Below are positions 24,669 through 39,100 of a stretch of DNA of 64,000 nt, piece by piece (the stretch's first letter is position 1; each line of letters begins with the position of its first letter). A program made the translations under genes and the position numbers. The notes beneath the pieces are model-generated. The model was not told where the DNA came from and did not search any database. It saw only the letters and a program-made list of their open reading frames with translations. The DNA is from Botryllus schlosseri (taxonomy: Eukaryota), in NCBI GenBank assembly GCA_051294905.1, contig CM119373.1, forward strand, positions 4,032,001-4,096,000, written 5' to 3'.

Positions 24669-25851
24669 CAGGGGTGGGCAAACTTTTCAGCTCGCGGGCC
24701 GCATTCAACACCTGAATCCATTTGCGGGCCGCATTATATAGTATAATCAGAATCATAAGCCAACTGTTATTTGATTGTATAATATTCAAGGAGATATGGA
24801 GACAATACATAAATATGGATTAAAACAATTCAGGCATTGATTTGATGATAACGCATATGTGTCAGAAACATTAACGAAATTTTAGAAGCTGACCATCTTC
24901 TATTAATTCGTCAAAATAAAGGATGGAATTGGGTTGTACCGATTCTTAGGACAGGATGGAAATTTGAGTATGTTAGTAGCGAACGGCTCATAGATATACT
25001 GATTTTGCGTTTGGTTATGCTTCAGAACGCACAATACCGACACATCATCATAACCAGCATCTTACCTTTAAATACGTTTCAGTAAAGGGTTATGTGTTAA
25101 ACTTGCCTTCTTCGCGTTCTTTTGTGAGGACGATATCAACATGATTTACTGTTGTCTCAAACATTTGATTAATTCGGTTGTATATATTGCACCTCATCGT
25201 TAGATACATTGCACCTATAACTAGGATGTTCGGATTCAAGTGATGTTTCAAATTGCAGCAGCGAATTCATTACAATAGTGTCATATTATGACAAGTTATA
25301 CATATTGCGCCACCTCCGACGCCGAAACAAAATTACCTCTCAGTGGATTGCTGATTGATTGCAAAGCAATAATCCTGCACTTTTCGCTTTTGAACAACTC
25401 GTTATGAAGGAATTGAGGCCGAAGTTACGAACAATATGCACCCAACTGCGTATAGAGGGGGCGAATCCACACAACACACGCGCAAAATGGTTTTTCCAAG
25501 TACAACACTGAAAGTCGGAGTTCTAACCCAAAATCACAATTGTATATCCGAACTATTAGATTTCCGTTTTTCGTTTCTTGGATGTTTATCAACTGAAACG
25601 TTCAATATGAGTGGGTCCCGATCCGAGATCTGGCTACTGCGCCAACAATAAAATCAAAAAATGAAATATGAAGATTATAACTCAATCAATATCATGATGA
25701 AATATCTTTAACCCAGTCGTCTCTCTAGAAATTAGATTTGTATTGCGCATTGCATCAATATTTTTATTACATTTCTTGATGCCGTCGCGGGCCGAACAAA
25801 ATGTCTTCACGGGCCGTATGCGGCGCGCTGGGCGTAGTTTGCCCATCCCTG
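24669..25851. mobile_element. hAT (Charlie-like) non-autonomous element
   Basis: CAGGGGTGGGCAAACT / AGTTTGCCCATCCCTG; perfect TSD GCTTAGGC. Confidence 0.9.
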
Positions 25852-26344
25852 GCTTAGGCCATCAGGTGCCTCATTATAAAGGCAACTCTTTTCTCTCGTC
25901 TCGATTTCAACTATTGCAGTAAAACCCTAATCGGCCAAACAAGTTGTTGGTTTTTGTACAAGAACGTATTTTTCTAGTGCTTGGAAGGTATCAAGAGGTG
26001 TTAAGAACTGTTCAGCACTTCCTATCCAAAATACAACGTATTTTCCGCGAGTGAAAAATGCTTGCTCGCAGAAATCGATTTTGAGAGATGACACAAAGGT
26101 CACGGAGGCTGCAGTTCGTCGCAAGGGTCAAAACCCACATGTTTGTGTTTAGGTATTTGCCTGATGGCTTGGAAAATAAGGTTCAAAACGATTAAGGTGA
26201 GCAGGCTCATTAGAGCTCGCAACCGTATGAAACGTTGCTACCACTTGTGTTCTGTTTTTTATTCGATTTCTCATTTCTGTCTCGCAAGTAACTGAGAAGA
26301 GCAAAGAAAATCACGACACCGGTGTACTTGGTACTCAGGGTACT

Positions 26345-26690
26345 TTATATCCTCGATCCTCCTATACCTATACGCGATGTTCGTTTTCTCGCATTGTGTC
26401 TTTATGTGTATCACATGTATCGGGTGGATGAAAAGAATGAGAACCGCTAATTATGACTACATGGCTGTGTAACGTTATGATTACGGTCTTTATGTGAATT
26501 TGAAGGCTGAAAAAATCAGTAAATTGAGGAATAAAATGCAGAGCGAAATAATATGCCATGCTGGATAACCAGTGCCGTTAATATGTTCATCAAAAACACA
26601 TTTCATACAACTACAACTGAGGCTTCTGCGGTTGGAATATAGTCACTAGTAGGCTTGCAATGCGTTGACAAAATGGTTATATATTGCTCG
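26345..26690 (+). repeat. Diverged duplicate of 555-698 plus 2008-2215, lacking the 1.3-kb insertion
   Basis: Shared blocks CTCGATCCTCCTATACCTATA, GGATGAAAAGAATGAGAACC, GAAGGCTGA..AATCAG, GGAATAAAATG.AGAGCGAAA in collinear order. Confidence 0.85.
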
Positions 26691-27101
26691 CCACCTCATC
26701 CGCATAAGCTGTGTCCTTTGCAAGCCTGGAAGTAGGCCGTGCTACAATTCGGCAGCTACGGAATAAAGATGAAGAACATTGGTCTGGTGCAAGTGACCAT
26801 AGAAGTCGACACACACTAAGAATACATCAAAGCATACTTATATCAACCGCCAGTGGGCGGTCAAGTACGCTCCTCATCTCTATTCTTCTCTGTTCACACA
26901 CCAGACTGATTCTGATTCACTCGATGTATCATGTTTTTATTACGTGGGCCTAATATATTCTATGGTACTTTGCTGTAGTAATTTCACAATATGACAGTAG
27001 AGATAAGGACCAGCGTCAGACAGTATCGATGCAAATAGTCACGACAAACCGAGCCTCATCTTCCACTATATAAACCTAAAATTGAATCTTTATGTCTACA
27101 G

Positions 27102-30100
27102 GATATAACTGGTGAGACACGGAGTACAGTACTGATTGCCAAGAGCCGTCGGTGGCTGTAGTCGTCCTATGGAGAAGACAGTGCATCGCATGAATAACTC
27201 TCAATTTCAGACGAGGAAAGCATACAGCGCTTGAAAAAGTTTATTGAACTTGAGGAAGGGAGAATCATTTCAGTTGGGACGGTTATCAACAAACAAGATA
27301 AATCTACTACAGTTTCACCAACGACAGATCGCACAACCACCGGCACGACTTTCGATTACACAAGTAAGCACTATAAAGCACGCTATTGTTTGTGGTGTTC
27401 ATGCGGTGCTTATCGACTACAAAGGTCATTTACACAACGCCGATATTCCGTGTTTTTATTCCGCTGCTGCCAACTTGTAGCACGGCCCACTCAAGCTTTT
27501 CAAAGACACCGCGTAGATAAACCTTCAACAGTTAGGTAGGAGTTCTCGAGACAACGTCGAACCCGCAACCCATAGGTGTTGCAGCTGGGGATTATACCAC
27601 TACGCTATCTCGCCACCCTCTATAACAGGGGCGGGCAACATACGGCCCGCGGGCGGGATCCGGCCCGCGAAGGGATTTTGTCTGGCCCACGGACAGTTTT
27701 CCATCTTACATGATAGTGTGGCCCGCGGCCCCAGTCTTCCGAGATTCCCAACTACTTGGTTACATACGTCAACGTTGAGTGACTGTATGTCATTATACAC
27801 ATGTATGCACAGCGAGCGAGGGTAGAGCTTACGCGTAAGTTCGTCGAAGCGAGAAGACTTATTGCATTATCGGCATTTACGATGTACTCAACCCTGATGA
27901 CATTCGTGGTTATCATGTTGTTTGTCGACTACAATGACCATGCTAATATTTCTTCTATTTGATTCCGTAACCGTCGACTTGTAGCACGACACACTTCCAG
28001 GCTTCAGTAAGACACCGCTTATGCCAGGGGTCGCCAACTCAAAACGGGTCGGGGCCACTTTCAAATTCCGTAGAGGCGGCGGGCCGCATGAATTCAATAT
28101 CGAGATAAAATAGGCCACATATTTGTAGTTGTCACCTACTAAACCCTGACGAATTGATATCTTGGTAAATTTGGGGTAGGCTACTGGGCTTATCGAACGC
28201 CTTGAAATCTTAATTAAGAATTGCACCGTGTGTTGATTGATCAGAGAGAAGCGGACATGGGGGTGTGACCATAGGCGCCGACTTTTATGTTTGCACGGGG
28301 TGGCGGCAGGCACGTAGCCAGGGGGTGTCGAAACTCCCCCCTTTTGAAACACAAAAATGATCATTCTAACGCTATAATATTCAGTTGCAATTCAACGAGT
28401 CGTTTTATCAGTGTTACGCGGGGCCGCGACCAATTAGCGAGATTCGTCTGTGCACGCATATAGCATCGCACAATGCAACGCGAAGCGATCTCCCGCTGAG
28501 ATATGCGATATTAGGTCATTGATTGCCGCGTGGTCGGCATTCGTCGCTGGACTGAGCAAGACAGCGCGACAATTCAGGAACACGAAAGACAGACAAGAAT
28601 TATGATTACAAACGCGAGCGGCCAATCAGTAATCCCTTACCGCCAACACAAGGGTTTTTTACTTGGTATTGAGTTGCTCCCATCGCGACAATTGGTTGCT
28701 GATTAAACCATCGATTTTGACTGCATTGCTGCATTTCCCGATTTACGTTCGCAAAGCATAATTGTATTAATATTATGGGCACTGGAGTAAATTCCAACTA
28801 GCAGGCACACACAATAAAACACTGTTCAACTTTGCGCTCCGAGAATATTTATCACAAAAATGGTTCACAAAATATTTTAAACGCGGCGTGCGGCCTTCAT
28901 CGTTGAAAATAATGCACTTTAATTTGTAGAAGGTGGACGTTAGGGTTGTTCAGAATTGACCGACTTTCAAAAAGTCTAGGTTTTCAGTCCGTTTCCCATG
29001 CCTTATACCTTAAAAACAAATCCTGGCAACTTTTTTTTGTAATTCATCCCCTGCATCCGTGTGCACATTGAGCTGGAAGAATAGCAGCTGAAAATAGGGG
29101 ATTCCCCTAAAATCTGAGTGTCACGATTTTACCTAGCCTAGTTAAAGTGACATATAACATGGATTTATGCAGCTGTTGCGGTTTGGAGTGCTACAAAACC
29201 CCACTATATAAGGCATGCCTAGTTCAGGATATCATTTCCATGTCCCACCCAGCCTTAGAACTGCTCAAAACTACCTAAAACTGATAGTCATTTTGTTGGA
29301 TCACATATCCTACACCCCTCAAACCTACCCGGCACTGTTCATCAATTTCCTGGATCCCCATGTGCAAGAATACAACTGTAAATGTAACATCCACTCACAG
29401 CCACATAATAAACATCACAGGAAACGAAAAAATAAGGCAAAGAAAGAGATCAACTTGGCAAAATATTACATAAATCAGGTGGATGAAATGGTTGCTTTCG
29501 AGAAATCTGTATATCTGTTTCAGTGATCTTCCACAGCTTGTAGGAGGCTCGCTCGCTGTTTTTTGTCATCCGTTATGAACGCAGCATAGTCGGTATTCAA
29601 TTTTACCATACGCTCTGCTGCATCATTAACTACTTCAACAGTATTCACAAATTCTTGAGCAGTCACGAAATCCAGATCAGCATGCCATTCCGAAACTGGA
29701 AGACTCAACCAATCATGTTCCACATGTATAGCATCAAATAGAAACCCCGATTATGGCCCAATCAAATCGACCATACTCATTGACTCAGAGACAGAGTCAG
29801 AGATCAGACTGAGAGGCATACATCTGCGATATTTTTCAGGGATTGGCATTTTCAGCAATTTAGCAGCCATCGCTTCCTTCAGTTTGTCACGAATTGTTGG
29901 ATTAGCAGAGAACGTGGTAAATACCACCTTTTCCTCAGTTAGATACCAATGATGTTTTCGCAATTTCTTGTATGCCACATCAGCAACAGTGAGATCGCAT
30001 AATGAAAAGTTTTTCATCTCATGAATGAATTTGAGATCATTCCAAGGTGCGTCACATGCAATACCAGTTTTCAACCAAGCTGGAACATAAAACAAAGCAA

Positions 30101-33100
30101 TGAATGTATTGATTCGTTCGAACTTTTCAATGAACTCTTCAGAATAGTCCATTTGCTCACTCCACATGAACATTTTTTGACAGTACAGGACTTGACTCAT
30201 CCATGTAGCGCTATGAGTAGCACCAGGCTTGCGAAAACGATGATCAACATATTTGTCATCCAAAATCGCCAAGGTGCCTGTTGCACATTCTCTGTAGTCA
30301 TCTCTTATCAAGACTTCTTTCTGCTTTCCATCATTGGGTTTCATCAGTGGAATTATTTCTTGCTTTGCTTCATCAGCTTTCATCGCCAACCAGCTGCCTT
30401 CAATAAACTTGAGCGTTTTATAGCTTCTTGATTTATCAATATGTTTCCACTTCTTCTTGAAGGTATTAAAATCCGTGTTTTCAGGGCCTGTGGTTGTCGA
30501 GCCAAACAAACACTTCCAAACCTCTCGAATGACCAGTTCATAAATATGATGGCGACAGGCATTGTAGAAAACTTTCCTGTTAATCAATTCATCAAGTAAC
30601 GGAACCGCACCTTTGATTTTACCAGTGTTTGAGGATGTTGTGTCAAACACAAGAGCTCTACCAGATTTTGTTAAATTCCAAAGTTCCAGCAGTTCAAATG
30701 ATGCATCAGCCTGTGCTTTTCCTGTAGCACTTTCCAGAGTTTGAATGCCAAGAAGTTTCCCTTTCTTAAATGCGCCGGAATACGCAGACGATGCGAGCAC
30801 TGACAAGGCCTCAAATTGATATCCTAGACGACTCTTAGTGCGCTTTCCATCCCAGTGCAATGCAATGTGCTCTGGGGATTGGTGGATATTTTTTCAAAGA
30901 TAGATTCGGAAATTTTCAAACGATTTGCAATGCGTCGTCGATAGGTCCCAGATCTTGAAAGATGGAAGTCATTAGGGTTGCCATCGCAAGCTTTAATCAG
31001 TGCTGCAGTTATCATGGTAGCGGCATTATCACTGACTTTCAAGCGATCAAAAACCTGGCATAGGTCTTCGTCGCTGAATAGGTTTACAGGAGCTTTTAGA
31101 GTCACAAATTTAGCGGAATGACCAGATGTCGACTGTGCAAGTTCAAAATCAGTGCTGTGAGAAGTGTCAGCTACCTGTGAAGATATAGATGAGCTCTCTG
31201 TAAATTCACCTTCGCTACTTGATGCTGGTGCAGACTCTCTTGCACTCATGGTCCGTCTCTTTTGTTGCATGATTTTCGCTTGCAACACTTTATCTTTGCC
31301 ACCGATCGTTGCTAATCTCGGACCCCTTTGATCCTGATAAAATGCTATGTCTTCACGTTTTTTATCGTCAGAAAGAAGTCTACTTGCTTCAATTGTCGCT
31401 ATCGCGTCAGGGGCTCCTATATCCCATAGCTTACTCAGTTTGGCTTCAAAGTCGCTTTGTTTTTTTGATACATATTGCCGGCCTGCAGTTTTCTTTAGTG
31501 ACAGCCATTGTTTCCATACTGTTTCCAATCTTTTGGTGGCATTGACTTTTGTGATAGTCTTTATGCCAGCAAGTAACCAAAAACCGATCACTTCATCTAC
31601 TGCGATCTGGATGTGTGACTTGACTGGTTCATTTTTTAAAAATGAATGCTCTCTCAGGTGTAGCACATATTGCATAACTTGCCTCAGAGCAGGCAACTTC
31701 GATCCCGTAATGGCTTCCTCAGATGGCCCAACTAAGAAATGCTGTGTCTGCGATCGTGTTCTTCTAGCTTTCTTCGGTACTGCTGCACTAGATGACGATT
31801 TTCTTTTTTTTCAGACATTTCGCACTACAGCTAATCCTAGAAAAACAGATATACATAAACTCAGTCAAGCAACAAAGAATAGTGGAAAACATTTCAGTTC
31901 TTTTAGAGTTTTAGGTCGAACACATACTGCATAACTTGCACAGGAGTTAGCCAGATTAGATCTAGTTATAGATTATCGAAGATAGTTATTCCTAAATTGG
32001 AAAAACTCATACCAGTATATTGATATCTTGGGATAAAACAAAAAATTTAGAGCAACCGACTGGCGGTTTTCCCCAGTCACTGGAATAGACATTTGCAAGC
32101 TTTGTTTCTATCCCAGTAGAAAGGAAAAGAGTATCAGGTCTATTATATCAAATAGTTGTATACTGCTATAATACTATGTTCACTAATCACGCGCTAAACT
32201 CGCTAATAGCATGAGTCAAAACGCCGCCTGATAAGTCCTGCACCTCAATCGTAAACACAGTCCATCAACAACAAAGCAGCAAGGCCCCTGATTAATCAAT
32301 GATCCCCGTTTCACAGCCGTGCTCAGCGCTTCATCAGCGCTAGAACATACGCGTCACGTCAGTGAGAACACACGCCATTCCTGTCGAGTCACTGACAACG
32401 GGGGAATCCCCTAATTCCGAAGAAATTTTTAGGTGCATGAAAAAACGGCAATGTGCACACGGATGCAGGGGGTGAATTACAAAAAAAAGTTGCCAGAATT
32501 TGTTTTTAAGGTATAAGGCATGGGAAACGGACTGAAAACCTAGACTTTTTGAAAGTCGGTCAATTCTGAACAACCCTAGTGGACGTATACATGGTCGTCA
32601 AATTGCGATAGGAGATGGTGTTTCTCAGAGCGCGCGATGAAATATACGTTTCTAACGATGAGGTCGAATTTGTACATCTAATAAGGATCGTTAGTTTGCT
32701 GAAATCAGCATCAGTACGCTGTGCGAAATACATAGTAGTGATCAATTTTATCGGACTGTACAATCGACCGGCAAAGTTGCGCTGATAACGAAATTGCAGA
32801 CATGCCGCAAACCTGCAATAATTACAATTACAGGATGCGCTAGTCACACGTAAATACCCAGATTCGGCAATGGCAACGAGCACAATTTGTTCAGACACGG
32901 TCATAAGTTTTAATCAAAAAGATACATAAACACAAACAATATTACACTCAGAGATTGTTACTGTTCGGCGAAAGTGTTTCTGCGGACGGTAGCAGGCCTG
33001 CATGCGGACGCGCTAAAACAAACCTCCTACGGTAGTGCAAATGAGATATCGATGACCCATTTCGCATACAAATGTTTCTCGCTAATTGGCAGTACGCAGC

Positions 33101-36100
33101 ATCGCTAATACGAATTAGTGAATTGGCATTTTAAAAGGAAGGAATTTCTTGTTATAAATGAGAAACTCCCTGGCTACGCACCTGGGGTTTTTATACCGAC
33201 AACGCGCTGGTTAATATCAGCCCGGGGCCTACGGCAGTCGAGTTTGACCGTAAAGTGGTGCGCCACGTGTTATTGCAGAGCAATATGGGCGCATGCCGTG
33301 ACCTTATCAATAGAAATACATGTCCCAAAGGTTTGAAATTCGATCCGCTATATGGCTGTGCTCGATAGTGTCCATCCAGCAATGAAGTTTACTGGAACAT
33401 AGAAGGTTCCAGTTCAAACTAATTGAATAAATTCAGAATTTGCGCCACCGAGAATTTCGTGTTGCATTAATTTTTGACAACGTAATTCAACGCCGTGCAC
33501 AGCACAATGTGCAGTATTAATAACAAATCAAACACTGACAAGCTATGTTCCCTCTAAGCTGCGCACGTGCGCAAATGCGCAGTGCTGACACGGTCTCTGC
33601 GCACAGAAAATCTAGGTTGCGCACAAAAAATCCGAAATGATGACCTTTTTAAAAGTCGTTTCGCACTGTCTTCCAAGGGTCAGCGCAGTGAGTTGGTGAG
33701 TGTGCGCAGACTCGTTCAAAATTAGATGGAACATTGCTGACAAGTTGATCCCGCATGCGGCCCGCAACACCGTTCTGTGCGGCTCGCGAGAGTCTAAAGA
33801 AACTTATTAAAAATATTACTAAATTGCGTACTAAAATCGAATGAATGCAGGGTTTGATTAAACTTTTTTTTGGTATATTTCACCATGATAATTCTAAGAC
33901 AGTGGTTTTCAAACTGGAGGCCTCAGCAGGGGGACGCGAAGCTGAGCTCATTTTTTTTTCGCGCTCCGCGGGACTTACACCCACTTCATCAGTATTGCCC
34001 TGTATTTAGTCTGAATTTCACAATCTCTTGTAGACAGTCGTAACTTTCCATGTCATTAAACTATCCGTTAGATTTGCTAGCATCCTGGTTGCATTTGTGA
34101 TATTACGATAAGGGGGCGAAATCTTTCACCATCATAAGGGGGCGCGGGGGGGGGGGGGGGTCGTATCTTAAAAAGTTTGAGAACCACTGTTCTAAGGTAA
34201 ACACTTCCTATGTTATATTTTATGTTTAATTTCTGGCGCGACAGCTCGATCTCAAGGGACACGCAGTTTGATAGGTTTCAACTGCTAAATATCGCAGAAA
34301 TCCTGAATGAGATTGATATATTTCGGATCACGAGTGTGACTTCAGACTGGCCTCTTCATTTTTAATTATTTCTGTGATGAGCTTATAAAAAACGTTTCGC
34401 GCGTGTCTTAGGGAAATTCGGTCTCTGTATGCGTAGAATTAGGGTATATATATTTTATCTACACATAGTAGAAGCGTGAGCGTATTTGAAGCGAACATTA
34501 TTATGATGCTGTCAGCATTGTCTGTCCTGGAATTGAACCAAAAGTGGATTTAGTAATTTTATGAACAGATCGCTGCTGACAGATTTAAATTTCAATCCTG
34601 TTCTAAGAATGGAGACAACCGACTTTCATATCTCTATAGTTTTGACAAATTGGTTATTTAGGTCGACCAAACTATAAAATCTTGCCACTGTTTCTGACGC
34701 GTGCACGATATCATCAAATAATTGTTTGGTTGGTTTAAATAAGCATGTATATTATATATCTTCATGTCGTCACTATACTCAAATACCAATATTGCGTTTG
34801 GTTTATGATCCAAATTTTATATAGTGCGGCCTGCGAATGGATTCAGATGTTGAATGCGGCCCGCGAGCTCAAAAGTTTGCCCACCCCTGTCCTAAACTGT
34901 ACGTATAAACAGGAAATGGTGAAAGCAGGTGTTGTATTTCAGACAGACTTATGTAACGACCTCTGAATCATCGCATAGGCTACACATAGCAGTTCATATG
35001 CATCGAACCGAAAAGCTATATAGTATAGGCCTACTGCAGTTATTGTTCAGTACTCATCGTAATTCGACATCGATATTCAATATTATCGGGCCCAAAACAG
35101 ACCGAAATTATTTTGTATCATTGATTCCTGAGCTGCCGACTTGTCACGACCCAATTTCGCTGTAGTTTTTTGTAAGACATTAATTCCGCGTATCGGATTG
35201 CTAGGAGGGGCCGAGATAAACGTCCAACACTTTGGAATAAGTGAGTTGGCTTGCCTTTTGATCGTTTTGAATCTGGATTGCCTTCATAAAGTTGTTTTCA
35301 ATGTGTACGGCTGTTTTTGCCTATGGTTCCTCGCGACCGTGGTGATTTTACAAAAATTTCTAACACTCAACCCGCTGCCAAACATCGGGGTATAGGCGCA
35401 ACACAAAATGGAAATCGAGAGCTCATCATAATATTTGAGTTTTTACATTTTTATTCACGTTACTTAATGTAGTTAGTAACACTGTAAATCTAAATTGCAT
35501 CGCAATATGTTTATAGATCAAAACGGTGCATTGAGTTACATTGAATCGTGCGCCGTTGCTATTAAGCGTAACTTATTTATGTTTCGATATTGCAATATTG
35601 CCCCCGCAGCGCCGATCAAGTTGAAAATGGCACTTAACCCTCACTCTTAACGAAAATATTGGGTACTCATACTCCAAAAGTGATGCGCGGAAACAGAACT
35701 TTCCTCAGAATTCAGAATCACAGATACCGCGGTGTCACCCTATCCGTTAGCGATCGAACATGACTAGGTGACCTCTGTATTGAAAGGCCCACACGATTGT
35801 AATGCCGGTTCCCACAATTGTGACGTCAACGCCGAATGCAGAGCCGACGGCGGATCGTTCACCTGCTCCTGTATCTCGGGATATACCGGAAATGGGACAT
35901 CGTGCGCAGGTAAAATGCCATCAGTTGAATTTATCATTGACATGCCGAAGAGGAAGCTGTAATACGTGGTCTATAAAGTAAAGCGTACGATATAATCCAT
36001 ACTATGTACTTGTTCGAATATGAGATTCCGAGATGAACGAATACAACATCGGTTCTTATATATGCCCATTGCTCATACATTTCCGGTGCATGAAAGTGCG

Positions 36101-39100
36101 TGAAATTGCTTTTAACACTGTCCAGTTCGATTTTATTCATCATGTTCGTTCGGCGCAACTTCGTCAAATCTTACAGTATTTTGACGGGTGACGCATGCAT
36201 AGATTGACTTATCAAATTTTACTTATTTGTATCAGTGTTTTTGTTGTTGGTTTAGTATTCGTACTGTTTCTGTTACATAGGTCATTTTATACCGGATCGA
36301 TATCAATTGTCATACGTTCTGAGCTGCCAACATTTAGCACGGTCAACTTTCGGTGTAGCCTTTTGTGAGATACTATAATTATGGCCAATAAATATCAACA
36401 AGTGCTGAGTCTTATTTCTTTATAATTCCCAACGTTTTTTTCATCGTTCCACCTTGGCGTATTTTGGAACCTTTAATTCCCCATACCTACGACGAAAAAA
36501 TAGTTATGTTGAAAGACGACTTCACCTTTTTCAAAAGTTACTTGGGCCTGTTTTCCTTTTGCTGGTAGAATTGTCACACCAACCACGTGTATACTAGACA
36601 CTAGATCACGATAGCAAAATATAATTTCATAAAGTGAACCCCTTATGTCGTCATTAGTAATTTTGCCGTGTGGTAAAGCTCAATTCACATTTCAAATTAG
36701 AAATATGTCACTGGCATGTTTGATGACAGCTGGTTACAGTATAATCATATTTCTTACATCTTCGCAGGTATAAACCTTAAAATGTAGTTTATTATTATGT
36801 AGTTCTTTGGTCATTTAAACGTATTTCGTAAATGGGGGTTGGGTATATTTAATACAAGTTAATGCAATCTTATAGTGTATAGTATAGGGTTACCATATCT
36901 TTGTGACACCAATTCCGGACGCTCGTTAGCGCCCACTAGTGGATTTTTAAATGATGTATGAGTTCATTGTCGATCAATATGACGTCACACCAGCAACGCT
37001 TTGTCTATCGACTAAAGGTGGTCACGATCCGGTTCAGGAGTATGTTGTTGTGTGTTAAAAGTTGTAACCAGGGCCAAAGTCCCATTTTTTCAGCCCATCC
37101 CGCTCAAATAAACACTAATTTTGGGCCCACCGTAGGGGAATCGATGCAACGTCTGGGAGCTTACTATATGCATCTGGTCGGTAAGTGATTTGAATAAATT
37201 ATGTCAATAATACTGGTTCTTCCACATATTACTTTACAATTTTGGTCCTTTTCTCCGCCCACATGGTCAGAGTTAGCGGTATAGAGCTGGTGGTATAGGA
37301 TGATGACTTCGAAAATGCAAGGAGCGTAATTGTACATCGTTAAGTCATGTTTGTGTCACACCGACAAGATTATTTATCCGCCTAATGCCGGTGCGCACTG
37401 CACCACTGAGCTATATAAACACCGCACTTCCGGTGGCTCCCAACCTTTTATTGCCGTGACCCAGGTCAAAATTTGATAAGCTGATTACTAATTAAAGGTC
37501 TGCAAATTTGCCCAGACTTACTCACATCCTATTTTGGAAGTTGATTACGTTCAACAACTTCGCAAACTTCAGAATAAACACAAACTACCCCCAGGTTTCG
37601 AACCACTATTTTTAAACAAAGCATCAAAACGGTCTAAACCGACTCAATGAATATACCGTTATCTTGTAATTGCGGTTATAATTAGACTCATTTCTGTACA
37701 TGAATGCTATTTTTATTTATTTTTGATCGCAGTTGTTGCGGGAGCGGTAGTCCCCATACTAAAACCAATATAGGTGATGCGAAATCGCGCACAGCGCGAA
37801 GAAAAATTTCACTTAGCAGAAATCTGGCCAAAATAATGTTGTTTATGTTGATTTACGAGAAAATTAAAATTTAACTTCAAGCCTTCAAAATTCCGGACAT
37901 TAGTCATATTTTAGAAATTCCTCCCGGACGCATTTTTAACAGTGAAATTCCGGACATGTCCGGGAAATTCCGGACGTATGGCAACCCTAGTATAGTAGAT
38001 GTAATTGATATTTTATTACGGAACCGTCTGTCTACTTCTTCACAGCGGGCCAGTGCTTACTGCTCAGTGACGTGGTTAATGAATTGACAGTATAGTATCA
38101 TGCCTAATATAGTTCCTGCTTCAATCGTGCCCAATGACACTGTACGTTTTAAACGCAAACTTGTAATATTACGATCAGTATATATGTTCGATGCTCATAT
38201 TACCATTAGTATAACTACAAAATGTTTCTGCACCCAGACGAAGACGAATGCGACAACGGTACGGATACATGCGACAAGAACGCCACTTGTCACAACACTC
38301 CCGGATCCTTCCATTGCACCTGTGATACTGGATTCACCGGAAATGGAACTGCATGTTTTGGTTAGTAGTGATACAAAAGTGGTACGGACTTGATCCTTCC
38401 GTAAACTACTGCCATATCTCACTATCTCAGATATTGGCGAATGCGACATAGAACTACATGATTGTGATGCGAATGCCATCTGTCATAACACCGATGGGTC
38501 TTACACGTGTACCTGCAAGTTTGGCTTCACCGGGAATGGGAGAAACTGCACAAGTTCGTTTCTTTTTTTTCTTCAGTTTGATGGCTTTGAAGGGGCACTG
38601 CACTCTAAATATGGCGTGCTTAATTTAAAGTTGTAAGCGAGAAAACATTATTGGCACCAATCACTTTCAGCAGAAATTTATCGCATTTATAGTGCATCGA
38701 AAATATTTGCACAAGTGGTTCAAATGAGCTCCAGCAATCTCTGTCATGTATCGAGATCAGTCGCCATCAGGCATCCTCACTCAACCCTTCGCGAAATCTT
38801 TGACACGTATATCTGTTAAGTGCTACAATTTCCGGGCGCCAACTACGCCTACGTTCCATGTATTTAGGAACTATGTCTAAAATGTGTGATGCGTCACCCA
38901 TTTTACTAGCTCAGTGCACAGACGCTCATTGCAACTGGCAAACAATTAGTTGTAGGGTTAAGGGTGCAGCTGCTGAGTACCCACGTACGCCCACAACCTC
39001 CGATCCGTTGACCACCGGATATACGTTATAGTAACCAGTTGTAGGGTGAGCCGCGGTTCGAACGCGGCGGTTGCATATTGCAATACGATAGATAACTTTT

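Noticed and set aside
24131..24721. 196-aa ORF on the minus strand
   Set aside because: It runs across a MITE end, AT-rich spacer and a SINE, with no protein-like motifs.
28600..28900. Host gene shared with 45640-45870
   Set aside because: The two segments are homologous but frame-broken in different places; more likely an old dispersed repeat.
30021..31934. Plus-strand ORFs at 30021, 31309 and 31347
   Set aside because: Antisense shadows of the hAT transposase.
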